Assembly (NCBI GenBank): GCA_010909165.1
Contig: MU008183.1
Span: forward strand, 124,001-188,000
Source: Anthoceros angustus
Lineage: Eukaryota; Plantae; Anthocerotophyta
Length of the DNA: 64,000 nt
Reading direction: 5' to 3'
Shown here: positions 13,031 to 27,471 of the stretch, piece after piece
Numbering within the stretch: position 1 is the stretch's first letter
How the letters are laid out: each line of letters begins with the position of its first letter
Notes under the pieces: model-generated
What the model was told of the DNA's origin: nothing
Database searches by the model: none
What the model saw: only the letters and a program-made list of their open reading frames with translations
Position numbers and translations under genes: made by a program

Positions 13031-13123
13031 CTTCTGCTTGACGAGAAAATGGGGTGTCGCGACAATTTTAATATAACCCCCCTTCACAAGAATAGATAGG
13101 ACCTTCTAAGCTTCGCAAGACTG

Positions 13124-16100
13124 TCATTGAAAGAATATTCTGGCACCACTGAAAGTAAACTCTATCAACTCAAACTCCGCCAAATATGTCTCCAGCCGCT
13201 TTATTATCTGCGTACATGTCATAAGGGCGCAATTTGAAACAGACGCTTGTGAACACAAGGAATGACTGCAAAAACAGTCGCTTGTACACGCACACATGGA
13301 AAGACGGAATAAACAGTCGCTTGTACACGCACACAATGAATGACGGCAAAAACAGTCGCTTGTGCACACAAGGAATGACGGCAAAAACAGTCGCTTGCGC
13401 ACACAAGGAATGACGGCAAAAACAGTCGCTTGGGCACACAAGGAATGACACAAAGTCAGCGCTGACAGCAAGCATGTACCAGTTGCATATTCTGAGCTTG
13501 CTCAACAGATATAGCTGCTAGCTTCTGGCTCCATACTTCTAGCGCACTCATGCCGCCCCTCGTACTGTTCATGTCCAGCCCATCTTCCATACTACTCTTC
13601 TCAGCAATCAGATGTTGCCTTGAAGAGTCAAACCAGTGAAGAGAATCGAACTGCTTGTCTTGCCCAAGCACCTGAAATCCTATATTAGCCAGGACACTAA
13701 GGAGATTGCTGCAGACTGTGATTCAGAGAAGACAGAATTATCCAAACCTTCAGCACATAAGCCAGCCCGAGAGCAAAGCCATCATCTGTGAACATTGCAT
13801 CGACAGCTTCTCTTCCTCTCTTGTAAAGCTTGTCTTTGGCTTGAAGCATGGCTTCCACAAAATTGATGATAAGAGCCGGAACAATCAAGAAGAACTCGCG
13901 CAAATGCATGTTGTCTTCACTTCGTAACTCCTGGACGCGCAAAACTCGGTTTGTATCAAGAATTTGCTTGCAAGAGGACGGCCACATACAACTTCTTCAT
14001 CTTACTCAGCATGCAACGAACCTTTGAGAAAACATTGGCCAGAATGTTCAGGTAATTGGTGCGCTCCAAAGATAAATCCTGGCTTTCCAGAGCCCTGTCC
14101 AGCAGCCTCCCAGCTTCAATGGTCTCCTCGGACAACCCATAGTCCCTTGAGGACTCCTCGAAGCTCATACTGTGGTTTACACCTTGCACGAACCTTTGAC
14201 ATGCAAAAGATCAGGCCATTTCTGGAAGAATGATGAAGGGTTCCAAGCCATTGCAAGTACAGGAAAAAGACACTCTGAGCATTGAGGAGATACTAACCCA
14301 GAGGCTATACTACAATAATGCAGCCCTCCATGCCTCACCATTCGCACAAATCCCAGGGCATTTCCCATTTCTGCAATAAGCTGGCGGAACTGATCCAAGT
14401 AACTGAGTCGATCTTCGGTCATACCAAGTTTCCGGATATCCTTGTTCAGCTTTTCTGCTCTCGTGAACGGGTACTGCTTCGCATGTTTCTCACCAGTTTC
14501 CTGAAACAGTTCCAGACAACCCTGGCTGAGCCAATAACCACGTTGACTGCAGAATCCAAAACAGTGCTAAAAGCCTGAACCACACCAGACGTACCTTGTA
14601 AAAACGGCGTTCCTTGCCAAGACATGATTTAACATGATCATCATAGAGGAATTGGGAAAAGACCACAAATTTCTGGGCGAGGTACTGATAAGCAATATTA
14701 ACAGTGGTGCTCATAATCCCCGTCCCATGCGTGCGGATGGAGTTTGCAACATGCCTCACACTAACAGTGTTTATGTGTTTTCGATGGAGTGCATTAGATG
14801 GCCTCTCAAAGAACACCTACACCACATGGAAGCTCTCAAAGGACCCTTCCATTCTAAAGGAAAGGACATGACTTACGCTCTATTTCCGCTTGCTTAAACC
14901 AGATAAAGCCAACAGAACTCCCAACCTGCAAGGCCTACCTGGGTGTTGAGATTGTATGTATAGCACGCAACAAACAGGTGAATGTTGCGCATAATATCCA
15001 GCAAATCCACGCCTTGTTCCAGTGTTTGACTGGGAAGATGGATGTCATCAAGCTCAAGTTTGTATTTCTGTTCAGAGAGCTGGCGCATTTCTCCATAAGT
15101 CTAGGTAAAAATAGCCTTCTCGTCAGTAGGACGCCATGGTATCATGATAATATGCCACATATTTGCACAGAAAAGTAACTCTCAATGCATAGCATAGCAC
15201 AGAGTTGTCACTTACTTTCCAATCGTGGAGAGCAACTGCAGCATGGTCATAAAAGGCAGAATTGAGATAGCTCTCCACTCTGGCCTTGATGTGGATGTAC
15301 TTTGAGCTGAACCGTAGAGGCTTCAATTGCAGGAACCAAGATAGATCCCGAACACCTGTCTATGGGAGGGAACACGGAGTGTAGATGAGGATCAAACGCA
15401 CCTTCAACCAAGACCTTCAGGTAGTCTGTAATCTCAAAGCATAAAGAAGTTGGCAAGCGTACAGGTGTGGGAATACCTTCGTTGGATTAACAGCCACAGT
15501 GCCCTTCAAATGCGCTGAATGGACATGCAACCGGAGATCAGTCTCAATGTCCCTACACAGTGGGGAGATAATCTCCTGCAAGCGTGGATTCATGGTGAGA
15601 ATGAAGTTGAAGAGCACTTCCTCAAGAATACATGACAGCCTTCTGCATTGCGTCCGAAGTTTAATAGTGCAAGGGACTTGCAGCAGCAACTTACTTCTGT
15701 CACAGACACTTCAATTTCTTTCTCAAAGGCTTTGATCACTTTTTCATCCACCTTTGCACGCTTCAGCAGCTTCACTCCGTCCGTGAAAGAACTTATAAGG
15801 AACCTGAAAAACAAAAAATCACAAACCAATACTTCAAACCACCTAGGACAGCAGCAACTCAAATTACAGGCATTGCTTCCTCCTTTCTACCAGCAAATCA
15901 AAATGTGCCAAGAGTTTCATATTTACTGAAGGTGACGAGCTTCCTCTGCCTGACCATACACCATACCGAAGCATGTGGACATCATCTCCCTGCTCCAGTA
16001 CAGAAAACTGCAGTCTGTGACAGTTCTTACAACCTGATGTAGCTCAGCAGCCATCTCTATGAGCAGAAAAAGATCTGAGAGCTCCTTGTACAAGTTATCT

Positions 16101-19100
16101 GGGAGCCTGTTCTGTTGCAACAACAAGCATCAGATATGTCACCAGCAGGGCAAGTAAAGCTACATCACTCACCACATGTCCAAAACAGTAACAGAAAGGC
16201 CAAACAACACACAACCACTCCACTAGATACATAGGAGATTGTGGCACCTTCATACTTACATGGCTGCTTAGTATATCCAAGCACATTCGAAACAAGATCC
16301 TTCTTTGCCCACTACAACAGCCTTGCAGTATATTGATTGCCAAGCCAACCTGCAGTCGAAATGATGTCAAAGCAAAGTCTTCTTACTCATGCAACCTGAT
16401 GCCCAGAGCATTACATGGAGAAAAAGAAACGGTGTTTTAAAAAGTAGAAACCATACAGCCGCTAACGCATCTAAGAGCTTTGCATCGATCTCCTTTGCAC
16501 CTGTCAGAAATTCAAAGAAAGCCATCACTTGCAGAAACGGAGGCAGGAGATACAAGTCTTGGACTATGAAACAGTCGATGAAAACCCTTTTGGACCCTTA
16601 TCAGCAAAGTGCACTTACTCCATGTCATGGAACGAGTGAACAAATTCAGACCACTGCTTCTTGCTTTTGACGTGGTATCTGCTTCCAGTTGTGCCTGTTC
16701 CAACAGAATCAGACAAATGTTGCACAGAAGCCTGACAGGATTATGTGTAACGAGACCAATGGATGGAAAGTAGACTGGTCAACTGTAGATACCTTCACGT
16801 GAATAAGGTGTCTCAGCATTTGAGCCTGTGTGAGCTGGATCATATGCCCGATGCTCTGCACAGTTTCACTGTTTTTCCTAAAGTACATATCCTCCACAGC
16901 CTGATGTCAAACAGGAAATGGCTGTCAAGTCTATTTCGGATAATTTGGGGTTATCCGTAGGACCAACACCAATTGGAGGAGAAGCACCAGAGAGACACCA
17001 CCAGGTCTAAGGGAAACTAATGGTTCCATACAAGACTCGAGCTCATACCTTAAGCAGTTCCGCAGCATGGTGCAAAACACGTATCTGGTCCTTCCGTATC
17101 GGTACCTGCAACAAGGACAAACATTCTCGATGTCAAGTTGAAGCATCATACTCACACACAGATTCCCATCCAGGGCAGGAACGTACCTCCATAAACACAT
17201 GAAGGTCCACACAAGCACGCAACATATTGCGTAGACGGTTAGCGAGAAAGATACCCTGTCACAACGACAGCCAGGATATCACACTCCTGCCTCATCATAT
17301 ACATTGAGCCTAGCATGAAGATGAGTGAGATGATTACCTGTGCCAGCTGCTTTAGCCTCATTTTCAAGACTGCTTGCACTGCCACCTGCAAGACCTGCAG
17401 AAATGAGACATTTGAGCAACACTTGCAGACACCTCTGCTTTGAGAAAAGGTGTAAAGAAGAAGCATTTGGCGACAATTGCTTGGCATGGGCCCAATCGGC
17501 AGAAGGATCAGTTGTACAAAACCTTTCTTCAAGTAATTGCCTAAACATGCAATGAGAATGTTGGACACTGCTGACCTTTGTAGAGACAGCTGAGTCAAAT
17601 GAAACTAGCCAATTTGTGATTGCACTGCGTGACGCCTGCACATCCCTGGACGACATTAAGACAACTCTTAGGTATCCAGATTCTGGACGGGGACACTGGA
17701 TGTTTGTTCTCACTGACAGTTCTGATGAGCTACCTGAGTAACATGTCATCCAGACTGAGAAGGTAACGGCTGTTGAGCAAGCCAGCTTCTTTCCTCAGCT
17801 CCCTCAATATGGAGGAAGAGAAGGCCCCAGGAGGCAGCTGGGTCACTAGAAAATCTGGCGGTACCATTCTGATGTTGCAAAACAGATGCAGTACGGGTAT
17901 AGTCCGTTGCACCTCAAAGATCAGCTTACACAGTTTCTTGTCGGGAGCCTCTACTGCCTTGTCATGCAATTGGAAGAAGATGTCAAGATCGATGCATAGG
18001 CAGCACTTTACACCATCAACACAAGACATCTATTCTCGGACACAAGTAAACTTCAAAAGGTCCAACGGAAGCGGCAAGAATCTCGAGTGGCAAAAGCGTC
18101 AAGCATACCAGTGCTCCATGCGTGGAACACGAAGAGTGCCAATAACCAGCCTATTTGCTCCCTATCACTGGGACGCTCCCTCAAAGTATCTGCTGGGCAC
18201 GAACGATCTTCAGAGATGAGAGACAAGATGGAGATCTCTCCCATGAGGGAAAACAATGAGGAGCAAATTTACAGGCAAGATCGTTTCAATGAGAGGAAAG
18301 CATGTCGTGGGAAGACCATCTCACCAAGTCGAGGAAGGACTTGAAGGACAGCCTCCTTAAGACACAGGGACACCTCTTCAAGAAATTGCCGATTAGATTT
18401 GACCTTAATCAGATCTCCAGAGTTGAAGTCCTCTTGCAAGCATCTCTGGAGAACGGGAGCACAGAGCTTAAAAAACGTAGGGGAACAAGCCCAAGACGAG
18501 GCAGGAATACTCGGCGAAGGTTGTCGAGAGATGAATGTGCGATGCTAGCTAGCGAAAGAGGCCACGTACATGAAAGGAGCCAGTGGTTAGAGTGTCATCA
18601 ATCCTTAAAACAGCACGATCCAGGAGTTCCACGTTCTCAGATTCCATATCAAATTTGGAAGGGTCGCTCCTTATTTCATGTAGCATTCTGCCACACACCA
18701 TGCGAAAATTGACATAGTCATGCTTACAAATCCTGTCATCAGCAGGTAGATCTCCTAACAGTGCCCTAAACCCAAATACACACCTGGTGAAAAGAGACAG
18801 AGAATGTCCCAGAGCACCATTCTGTGCCACAATGTGATCAACAGTGACCAGAACCCCAAGCCCTTCCGCCAGCGCAAGCACGGCCGTGAGCAGATGAACT
18901 GCCCCAAACGACGAAAACGATCTGCCCCTATCTCCCCCATAGATCCCATCCAGCTGCAAAACCAGATTCCGCAGCACCGCCCTCAACCTAGACAGAAAAG
19001 CCAGCAGCTCATGGAAGAAGAGAAACGACTTGGCGAAGGAGATCTGCAACTCCCCCTCCAACGGCAGCTCCTCCAGACTGGCCCCGAGCCCGAATCCTAC

Positions 19101-19416
19101 CAATCGGGGATAGATGCTCCCAACAGCCTGCTTCCTCAGAGACTGGATCTCCAGACAATCAAACGCCAGCACAGTCACCAGCTTGCTGAACGGCACGTTG
19201 TCAGTCACCGCCAGATCCAGCACCGAGGCCTCCTCCTGCGGCTGCGCCGTCAAGTGCACCGGATCCCGATTCACATCCCCCACATCAGACGCCGCCGCTC
19301 TGAGAAAACTGTCATCGTGCTGCTCCAGCTTGAGCAGCACACCCCCGCCACTCGTCCACAAACCTGCGCAGTTTTTCATGCTGCTGCTCCACCGCAACGG
19401 CTCCCACGGACGCCAT
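13124..19416 (-). CDS. WASHC4: WASH complex subunit 4 (SWIP/KIAA1033-like), many exons
   Basis: Exon peptides [76 protein letters not shown] and terminal [17 protein letters not shown]. Probable start [24 protein letters not shown]; apparent frameshift near 19345. Confidence 0.88.
13235..13448. repeat. ~34-38-bp minisatellite inside the last WASHC4 intron
   Basis: AAAACAGTCGCTTGTGCACACAAGGAATGACGGC-like units, about 6 copies. Confidence 0.85.
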
Positions 19417-22400
19417 AGCCGCCAGCCGGTGCAGGCCACGGGGGGCGGCAGCCGGAATTAGGTCAAGCCCATCTCCCCCACCGCCACCTCCGGGCTCCAG
19501 CGGCAGCGCATCCAAGCTCCCGGTGCCGTTACCCTGCCAGACCCACTTTCAAATCCTCCGCACTCGCAAGCTGCACGGAATCCGAGCTCCAGCCCCGGGG
19601 CTCCGGCAGCAAGGCAGCAGGAGAGCTGCGTGTCAGACAAGGCGATGCACAAAACCCTAAACCCAGCCCGCAGAATGCGACAAGGGAGGTGTCAGCAGGG
19701 GGGCGGTAGGACCAGGTGTCGCAGCTCAGAGGAATGTATAGTTTAGTGTAAAGCGGAGCATGGAGACGGAATGTAGAGAAGGCGAGAGGGCAGAGGCGGT
19801 GGGTTGTTTGAGGGCCCCGATGCGCAGGTGAATCCGAGGTTTGTGCATGCCATCTCCTGTCTCTCAAGCCTGCTATAAACAGCAAGCTTGCATTTCCGAC
19901 TCCATCTCTTTTCTGGCTGATGCCGTGCGTCTCCCACCGGCTCCCAGCACACACATCCATCGCAACAACGCAAAGCACAGCCTACGCGATTGATGAGAAG
20001 ATGCCGGCTTCATCCTGGGCACATGTGCGGGTGGCCGGGCCGGGCAGCCTGGCGTCAGGCAGCAGCCAACGGGGGCATGCCAACTTTCGTCTCACTGCCA
20101 GATTCCAGTCATTTCATGGCACCACATCCTGCAGGCGTGGGCGAGCAGGCAATCACAAGGTGGGGCCTTGGAAGTCGGGCCAATCTCAATCCATCCCCTA
20201 AAGTGCAGTGTGCAACGCTAGCTTCTTGCTTGCTTCTGCAACAACAGTGCAGTGTTGGCGTGTCTGCTGGGCTCTCCTCCAGACAGCAACAACATCTCGA
20301 TCCTGTCTTGACGGTCTTTCACATCACACTGCCGGCTTTACCCTCTTTCACCGTCTTTCACCCGATGGAGGAGGACAGGGCTCGGCAGAATATGCAGGCG
20401 ACGTCACCAACTACTCAGCATCCTCTCGGCAGCAGCAGTGAGTGCTGGGCGGGGCGGGGCCGGGAGCGGTGGAATCCGGATGAGGGAAGCCTGCGTTTGA
20501 TTCATGGTCACGCTGGTCTCGCAAACCGCAGTCAAACAGGTAGTTGATGGGTCATTGGACCTGACCTCATCTGCGGGCTGCCAGTGCGAGGTCGGAGACG
20601 ATGATTGGTCAAGGGACACAGCTTCTTCCAACACCCAACCACGCATGGTCGCAGATGCTGAGCCCACATTGCATCATCGCATGGGCAGTGTGTTCCGCAG
20701 TTCCGCCCAGTCCACACCGTTTCTCTCTTTTCAAGTCAATTCTGCATCCGTTTCCGCGGCCATGGAATTCTAGACTGTCCTTTGTTCCCGCACTCCATAG
20801 AGCAATCACTTCCGGTGCGAGACTCCGGTGTTCGTGTGACATAGGCTTTCCAGAGCATGCACATGTTGGAAGAGTGACGACGAAAGGACACCGTGTGCCT
20901 GGTCTTCTCCACATCATCTCCAATCTCTTTTCATGGATGGATGGTACATTGTGTACATAGAGGGTCTTAAAAACACTAGAGTCTCTTCTTCGGACTAGAC
21001 TAGAAAGTCGTCGTGGGTGAATATTGGAAGAGTCTCATAACTTAAAATCTCATATATACATAAAAAAACTAAACAAACAAATCTTCATCATCTTATGTGC
21101 AACTAGTCTTCATCAAAGCAGTTCTATTGTTCTCGCACTTCATGATCGATCAACGTACAAGTTCTATTGATGTTCCTAAAGTGTCTCCGTCTTCGTGTCT
21201 TCGTTGAAAATTATAAGAAGGTCGTGCACTTGTTGAAAGAAGGCCTTACATCTACATAAGAACTTTTCGTGTGGACAAATCACGCATCATCTTAAAGAAG
21301 GTCGTGCACTTTACGGTCTCGCACGGACAAAGCTTCATCATCCTACTTGCAAAGAGTTATCGTTCATGCAACAATATTATTCATGCTCTTGATGTTTATT
21401 GGGCTCTTCTACACATGATATGAAAGTTGCTTCACATCATCTCGGTCTTTTCGTAGATAGTATAATTCAATTTTATTCAATTCGTTGAGGTGCAACCTGA
21501 GGATAGAATATGTAAGGTTTCAGACTAATCTCCCTAATTAGGTCTTTCTTTATTGGCTTAAGGCCTAGGACAGAGTTGCTAGGGTTGTTTGGCTCTAGAG
21601 GCATTCTTGTTTATTATTCATGTGAATTTTCTTTGCAAAAAGAATTCATTCAATTCAATCATATCACACAACAATGTTCGTCTATTAACAAGTCAACTTC
21701 ATTGACGTTCCGTCTTTGTAGCCAAGGAGTTCCAACAAGGGCATCAAGTTTCTCTATTAGGCCAAGAGTCTCGACCAGTCCCCTTGTGCAAGTTTCTCCT
21801 GCAAGTTTGTACGAGTCTCCACATGGAGACTCGTACAAAGGCTTCTAGTTAATGGGATTCTCACGACTACTATTGGGAATGTTTTCTTAAATAACTTCTA
21901 ATTAACGGGATTCTCGTGACTACCATTGGCAATGCTAGGGAAGAGCCCATGCCTCATGGACTCTTCCCTAGCTCATGCCTCCTTCGGTCTTTTAGTGGCA
22001 CAAAAGATAAAAAAAATTTCACTCTATCTTTTAGTAGCACAAAAGATGAAGACTCTTCTTTTCAATAGATAAGATATTCTTGTGAACTAGGTCCGAAGTC
22101 CATAAGATATTCTTGCCAACTAGGTCCTGAACTACTAAGTCCTCAATCCTCAAGCTTAGAAAATAAGAGGTACATACATACATACAATGGGCCCAAAGTC
22201 GCTTAGCAGCCACAAATGGCTCCATCTCAACAATTTAAAAAAAAGAACACTTATGATATGAATCATTTGTTGGCAACGAAGCCATTACGCTTCCGTTGCG
22301 CCACTTTTGATGTTCCTAGCAAACAACCCTCTCTCTAGGTTGAAATAAATTCTGCTCGGGATATTTTGCTTGGTTAAAAAATGAAAAAAACGGATCCCAA

Positions 22401-23848
22401 TAAAAGTCAGGTTTTACTAACCTGAGTGTGTACATAGTATTAAGCGAAACGGGATCGTGAAGAAGTCAAGGGCTCCGCCGAAGCCCACGGAAACGGAGGT
22501 TGGACTTGGCCACTCCAGGACAGCTCTTTGACCGGTCACATCCCCGGGCCGCTGCCGTTCACGAGTGGATGGCAGGCCAAGCACCTGTCGGAACCGGAAG
22601 CCGCCGGTCCACATCACTCATCCGGTTGCGCACCCACTCACCGGACATCGCCGGTAAGTCAATACCTTGATTGACTCCTGTTGTGGTTGTGGCGTGTGTG
22701 CCGGCCCCCAATTCCCCGTCCAATTATTGCGCTCCTTCTCTCTGCCAACAAAAGCGTACACATTGCCGGATTGCCACTTCAAACAGGCTTTTGTCCGCTT
22801 TCTCCTGTTTCTAGTATCTTATGGAATTTAAATATAATATTAAAATTATGAAAATTTTATTTTAATCAATTAAATTTACAAGGTAGTTTGTACAGAAATT
22901 AATGAAATATAATTATAACACCATGTTGGTGATAATTGAGTGTTGGAGGATGATAATTGTATGATCTAAGGATCTCAAGGATTTTGAGTACTCATGTGTG
23001 TCCTCATGATAGTTAGCATACACTTCTCCATCCCAAAGAACTCCAAAGATGATAAGAGATTCAACCAAATTGTCCGAACCTCTCACATCGTGGACAATAA
23101 AGATTTGTGCCTTCTCTTTTTGTAGTGCTTGCCTCAGTGATAATTTATACATTTCTTTCCTATGCTTACTTGCAGGGTATCTTTTTGAATCCGTACTTAT
23201 GTTTGCCTTGAGCATGATACGTGTGTGATCTTTAGTTGTGCTTGCCAGTTTTAATAAGTGTTGTACTGCTTCATTCATTTTTAACATAAGATAAAACATG
23301 GAAGAAAGAAATGAGATACCTAGACATATATGCTTATGTTTTACTCTATTTCATTTATTTTAGCCTAATCTACCTTAGATTATTGTTGTTGGATTACGAG
23401 CCCCTTTGTTTCATCCGCAATACTTTGACCACTTTATCTGAGTATATTGGGAAAAAAAACAATCCATCATCTTTGAATTGTAAACTGGGTATCTAGTAGA
23501 ATACTAGAACAAGAATCAAGTACTGCTTAGATTTTTCGATATGTGTAACTATCCAAAAAATAAAAAAAGAGAAGTCTAAACCAGAAGAAGAAAAGAAGAA
23601 GAAGGAATAGAAGGTTAAAAAGAATAAATAGATAAAATAAGAAAGTCTAATAGACCGAAAATCAGCATAATGCAAAATCCGATGATGGGCATTGGATATG
23701 CGTGTACTTAGTGATTCGTGGTTGGAGGCGAGCCGAGCATGGACATAGTTGGGGAGGTGTGAAACGGGATAATGCAGCGGTTGCGAGTAAACGCGGTCAG
23801 TTTCAGTTTTAGTTGATGGTTGCTGTTTTACGGGACGCGGTTTGGGAT

Positions 23849-23898
23849 TTGACCGGATAAGTCAGCGCTGATTGTTTGACCTTGAGGGCAGTTTGACT
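23849..23898 (+). promoter_or_regulatory. cluster of three W-boxes upstream of the WRKY gene
   Basis: TTGACC 23849-54, TTGACC 23876-81, TTGACT 23893-98. Confidence 0.5.
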
Positions 23899-25029
23899 TG
23901 GGCCAAAACCCTGATGTGCCTTCCAAATTGCTCTCCACTCCACTCCACTCCGCTCCTCTCCTCTCCTCTCCTCCGCTGTGGTCTGGTCTGCTGTCCTGTC
24001 CTCTCGGCCCTCGCCCTGGCCGGGCGCGGTTGGCAGCAGTGCAGTAGGCGTGTCTCTCTCTAGGATGAGCGCACGGTGCTGGTCTCTCCCCTCTCTCTAG
24101 ACTGCCGTGTCTCTCTCTCTACCGGTGTGCTTCTGGACAAGCTCCTGAGGCTGCCTGCCCAGCTGCTGCCTGGGCTTTGTGCTGCCTGGGCCTGCGGCGG
24201 GGGCCTGGTGATACAAATGGCTCGCCTTGCGGCGGCCATGGCACACTTTCCCCTGAAGTAGTGCCCTCCTCCGCCGCCGTGGCCTCACGCTCCACCCACT
24301 TGCCCGCTCAACTCCCCTCACTTAAAGCCGCACCCGCTGCAGGAACGCAATCTTCTCCTCCCGCCTCTGCTTTCCGCTTCCCTTCCTTTTACTGTGAAGC
24401 TTACCGCTCCTCCTCCGTCTCCACCCTGGCCCGGCTTCTGCCTTCTGCCTTCTTCCTTCTTCCTTCTTCCCTTCGGTCTTGTCCAACACGAACACACAGT
24501 GGAGTATTCAAGTCTTGATACGCGGTGTTCCTTTGCCTCTACGCGACATCAGACCTTCATCCTTCATCCCTCGCTCGCGCACAGCATATGTGCTTGTCTC
24601 TGCTCTCATTTCTTGTCGCCCTTGAAGGAGAAGAAGTCGTGAGACTTCCCTCTCGTTTCTTCTTCTTGTGCTTTCCTATTCGCAGGCCTCATCTTGGTAG
24701 TGGGTAGCTTGTGTTGCCGCTGCTTAATTCATGGTGGGTCGTGTGGGTGAGACCGTAGGAGGCGTCGGACATGATTGCCCCCGGCTGAACGGCTGGCTCC
24801 TCTCTTATAAGACCTAGGATTGGGTACGAGAAGTCACAGGAGGAGGCAAAAGAAGATCTGCAGGGGGAGCTTGCAAGGCAAGGCAAGGAAAGAAGGGACG
24901 GAGGAGGAGGATTGATGCAGTGTCGGGAGTAGCGCATTTGCAGTCTGCAAGCTGGCGGTGTCAGTGGCGCAGCGGCACCACAATTGGGATTGGGTGCAGC
25001 GGCAGCAGCACAGGACGAGAGGGAGGGAC

Positions 25030-27440
25030 ATGATGGAATCGCAGGAGGAGGAGGGCGGGGGCGGGAGGAGACCTCCAGCAGCAGCAGCAGGAGCAGGAGA
25101 AGAAGCGGGTGCTGGAGTACGACCAGAGAGTGAGGATGGAAGCAATTCTGGGGTGCCAGCACATGAAGGAGGTGGAGCAGCACCTGGTGCAGGCGCCCCG
25201 CCACTGCTGGGCGCCGCCAACCACCCGGACGCGCAGGCGGTGCGGGCGGGGATCATGGGCGCTGCAGCCGCCATTGTGCGCAGCTTCAGCAACGTCATCC
25301 AGCTGCTCACCTCCTTCCCCACCGACGCCGCCGCCGCCCACTCTTCCCCGCCGCCGCCCTCCGCCCTCTCGCTTCCTCTGCCTCCTTCTGCTGCTCGCTC
25401 GGCGGCGGCGGACGCGTCGCCCGGCGCGTCGGTGTCGGGGCCCGGGTCCGACATGATGCACCAGCAGGGGCTGCACTCGCATTCCCACTCCCGGGGGCTC
25501 ATGAACGCCATCGCGCAGCTGGAGGCGGCATCCAATGCTGCTGCTGCTGCCAATGCCAATGTAAGTGCGGAGCAACAACAGCAGCAGCAGGAGGAGGAAG
25601 GCCGAATGCTCAAAGCAGCCCCAACAATCCCGAGAGCCCAATGTCCACTGCCTGCACCTCCGATACGCCCCGCCCTCCCCGGCCACCCGGGATGCTCTCC
25701 CGCGGCTGGCCAACCAGGCTCCGCCGCTGCCCAGCCCCCGCTGAGCAGCAGCCCCTGCCACACTCCCATGTCCGGCATGAGCGATGGCTCCCCGTCTCCT
25801 GCAACTTCAACGTCCACAACCTCTCCAGCCTCGGCATCCTCGACATGGAGGCCACCTCTACCTCCAAGCAGCAGCAGCCCAGCGCTGCCGCCGCAGCTGC
25901 AGCCGCAGCCGCCGCCGATTCCGAGCCTGAGTCTGCCGCTGCCTCGGCTGATCAGCGCCCCGTCCCCAAGCGCAGGTCAGTTCATTCTTCTTCTCTGGCT
26001 GCTTCCCATCTGCAAACAAACAGAAGAGACAAGCAAACAACAAGAGCAGGAATCGGAATCCACCAGGTTGGCTCAAATCCTGCTCTGCTCTTATCGTTGG
26101 GTTGCTGCAGAAAATTCCTTCCCAGATGGAACATCAAATTGCGGGCCACAGGCGGGGACTCGGGCAATGAGGCTCCTCCAGACGATGGCTTCACCTGGCG
26201 GAAGTACGGGCAGAAGGACATTCTGGGCTCTCGTTTCCCAAGGTGAGGAGATGGGGTGTCCAATCTGCACCCAGCAAAGGCCTAAATCAGATTCGTGATG
26301 TTGCGCTCCGAGTCTTGTATCTTGTTCGCTTGCATCTGTTGTTGTTGTTGATGGAGATGGACATGGGCATGCTGTTGCAGGAGCTACTACCGCTGCACGC
26401 ACAAGAACGAGTTGGGGTGCCCGGCCATCAAGTACGTGCAGAGATGCGACGACGATCCAGGCCTGTTCGATGTCACCTACAGAGGGGAGCACAGCTGTTT
26501 GGCGCAGATTCCGCCTAACCCATGGTTCCCCTTTCAGTCTGTGGCTTCCCCGATGCACAACCTGGCGCAGCAGCCTTATCCACCTGTATCTGAGCCTGCT
26601 GCGGCTGCTGCAGCTGGGAGCAGCTCGCTCATTCTGAACACGGCAGGAGGGATTCAGGTCGGTCCTTCGCTATCGCCGTCGCCATCGCCCTCTCCATCGC
26701 CATCGCCTGATGCAGGAGCTGTGCAGTCCAGAGTGCCCTTTCCCCTGACCACGGGCAATGTAGGGGGCTCCAACCTGCTGCTCAGACCTGCGTTTGCACA
26801 GAGCCCTGTTATTACGCCCAGGTTTGGGATGCCGCTGCTGGATCCTCGAGCTGGTGTGAAGTCGGAGCAGGCGTTTCCTCCCCAGCCTCCTCAGGCTGTT
26901 GTCCACGGTGGAGGTGCAGGCATCTTTCCTCCCAATGCTGTGAGCTTGCTGAGCATGTTGCTGCAGAATGCTGTCAAGGGCAAGGAGAGCGGGCATGGAC
27001 AGCAGCAGCAGCAGCATCAGCATCAGCATCAGCAGCAGCAGGCAGGGAGCAGTCAGATGGAGGAAAGGGAGAAGAGCACGCAGCAAGGGCTGGTGTCGCA
27101 GGGGTTTTCGGAGGACCTGACTGCAGCTTTGCCCAGGGCAGGATCCGGGACTGTGGACAGACGGGAAACTTATGTGAGCAGCTGGGTGGACTCTCTGCCT
27201 CATGGAGGGTACCATAATCCTGCTGCTGCTGCTGCTGCTGCTGGAGGGAATGTGAAGGAGGAAGCAGAAGACATGGCAGTGGAAAGCTCGGCAGAGAGCC
27301 TGCCATCTCCTGCGTCTTCTGATGCTGTGTCTAGTCAATTTAGAGCGCCCCGAGTCCTGCAACCCAATACTGCAGGCTTGAGTGTAGTGGCACCGCCTAG
27401 GAACTCTAGAGCTGCTTTGCACCAACAGCCAATGCAGCAA

Positions 27441-27471
<31 letters not shown>

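Noticed and set aside
19920-20960. Several overlapping 60-185-aa ORFs
   Set aside because: No domain motifs and no consistent exon structure that I can support.
22913-23299. 128-aa ORF in AT-rich DNA
   Set aside because: No recognisable homology; possibly TE-derived but unsupported.
24689-25817. Long minus-strand ORFs opposite the WRKY 5' region
   Set aside because: Low-complexity GC-rich shadows of the WRKY gene.
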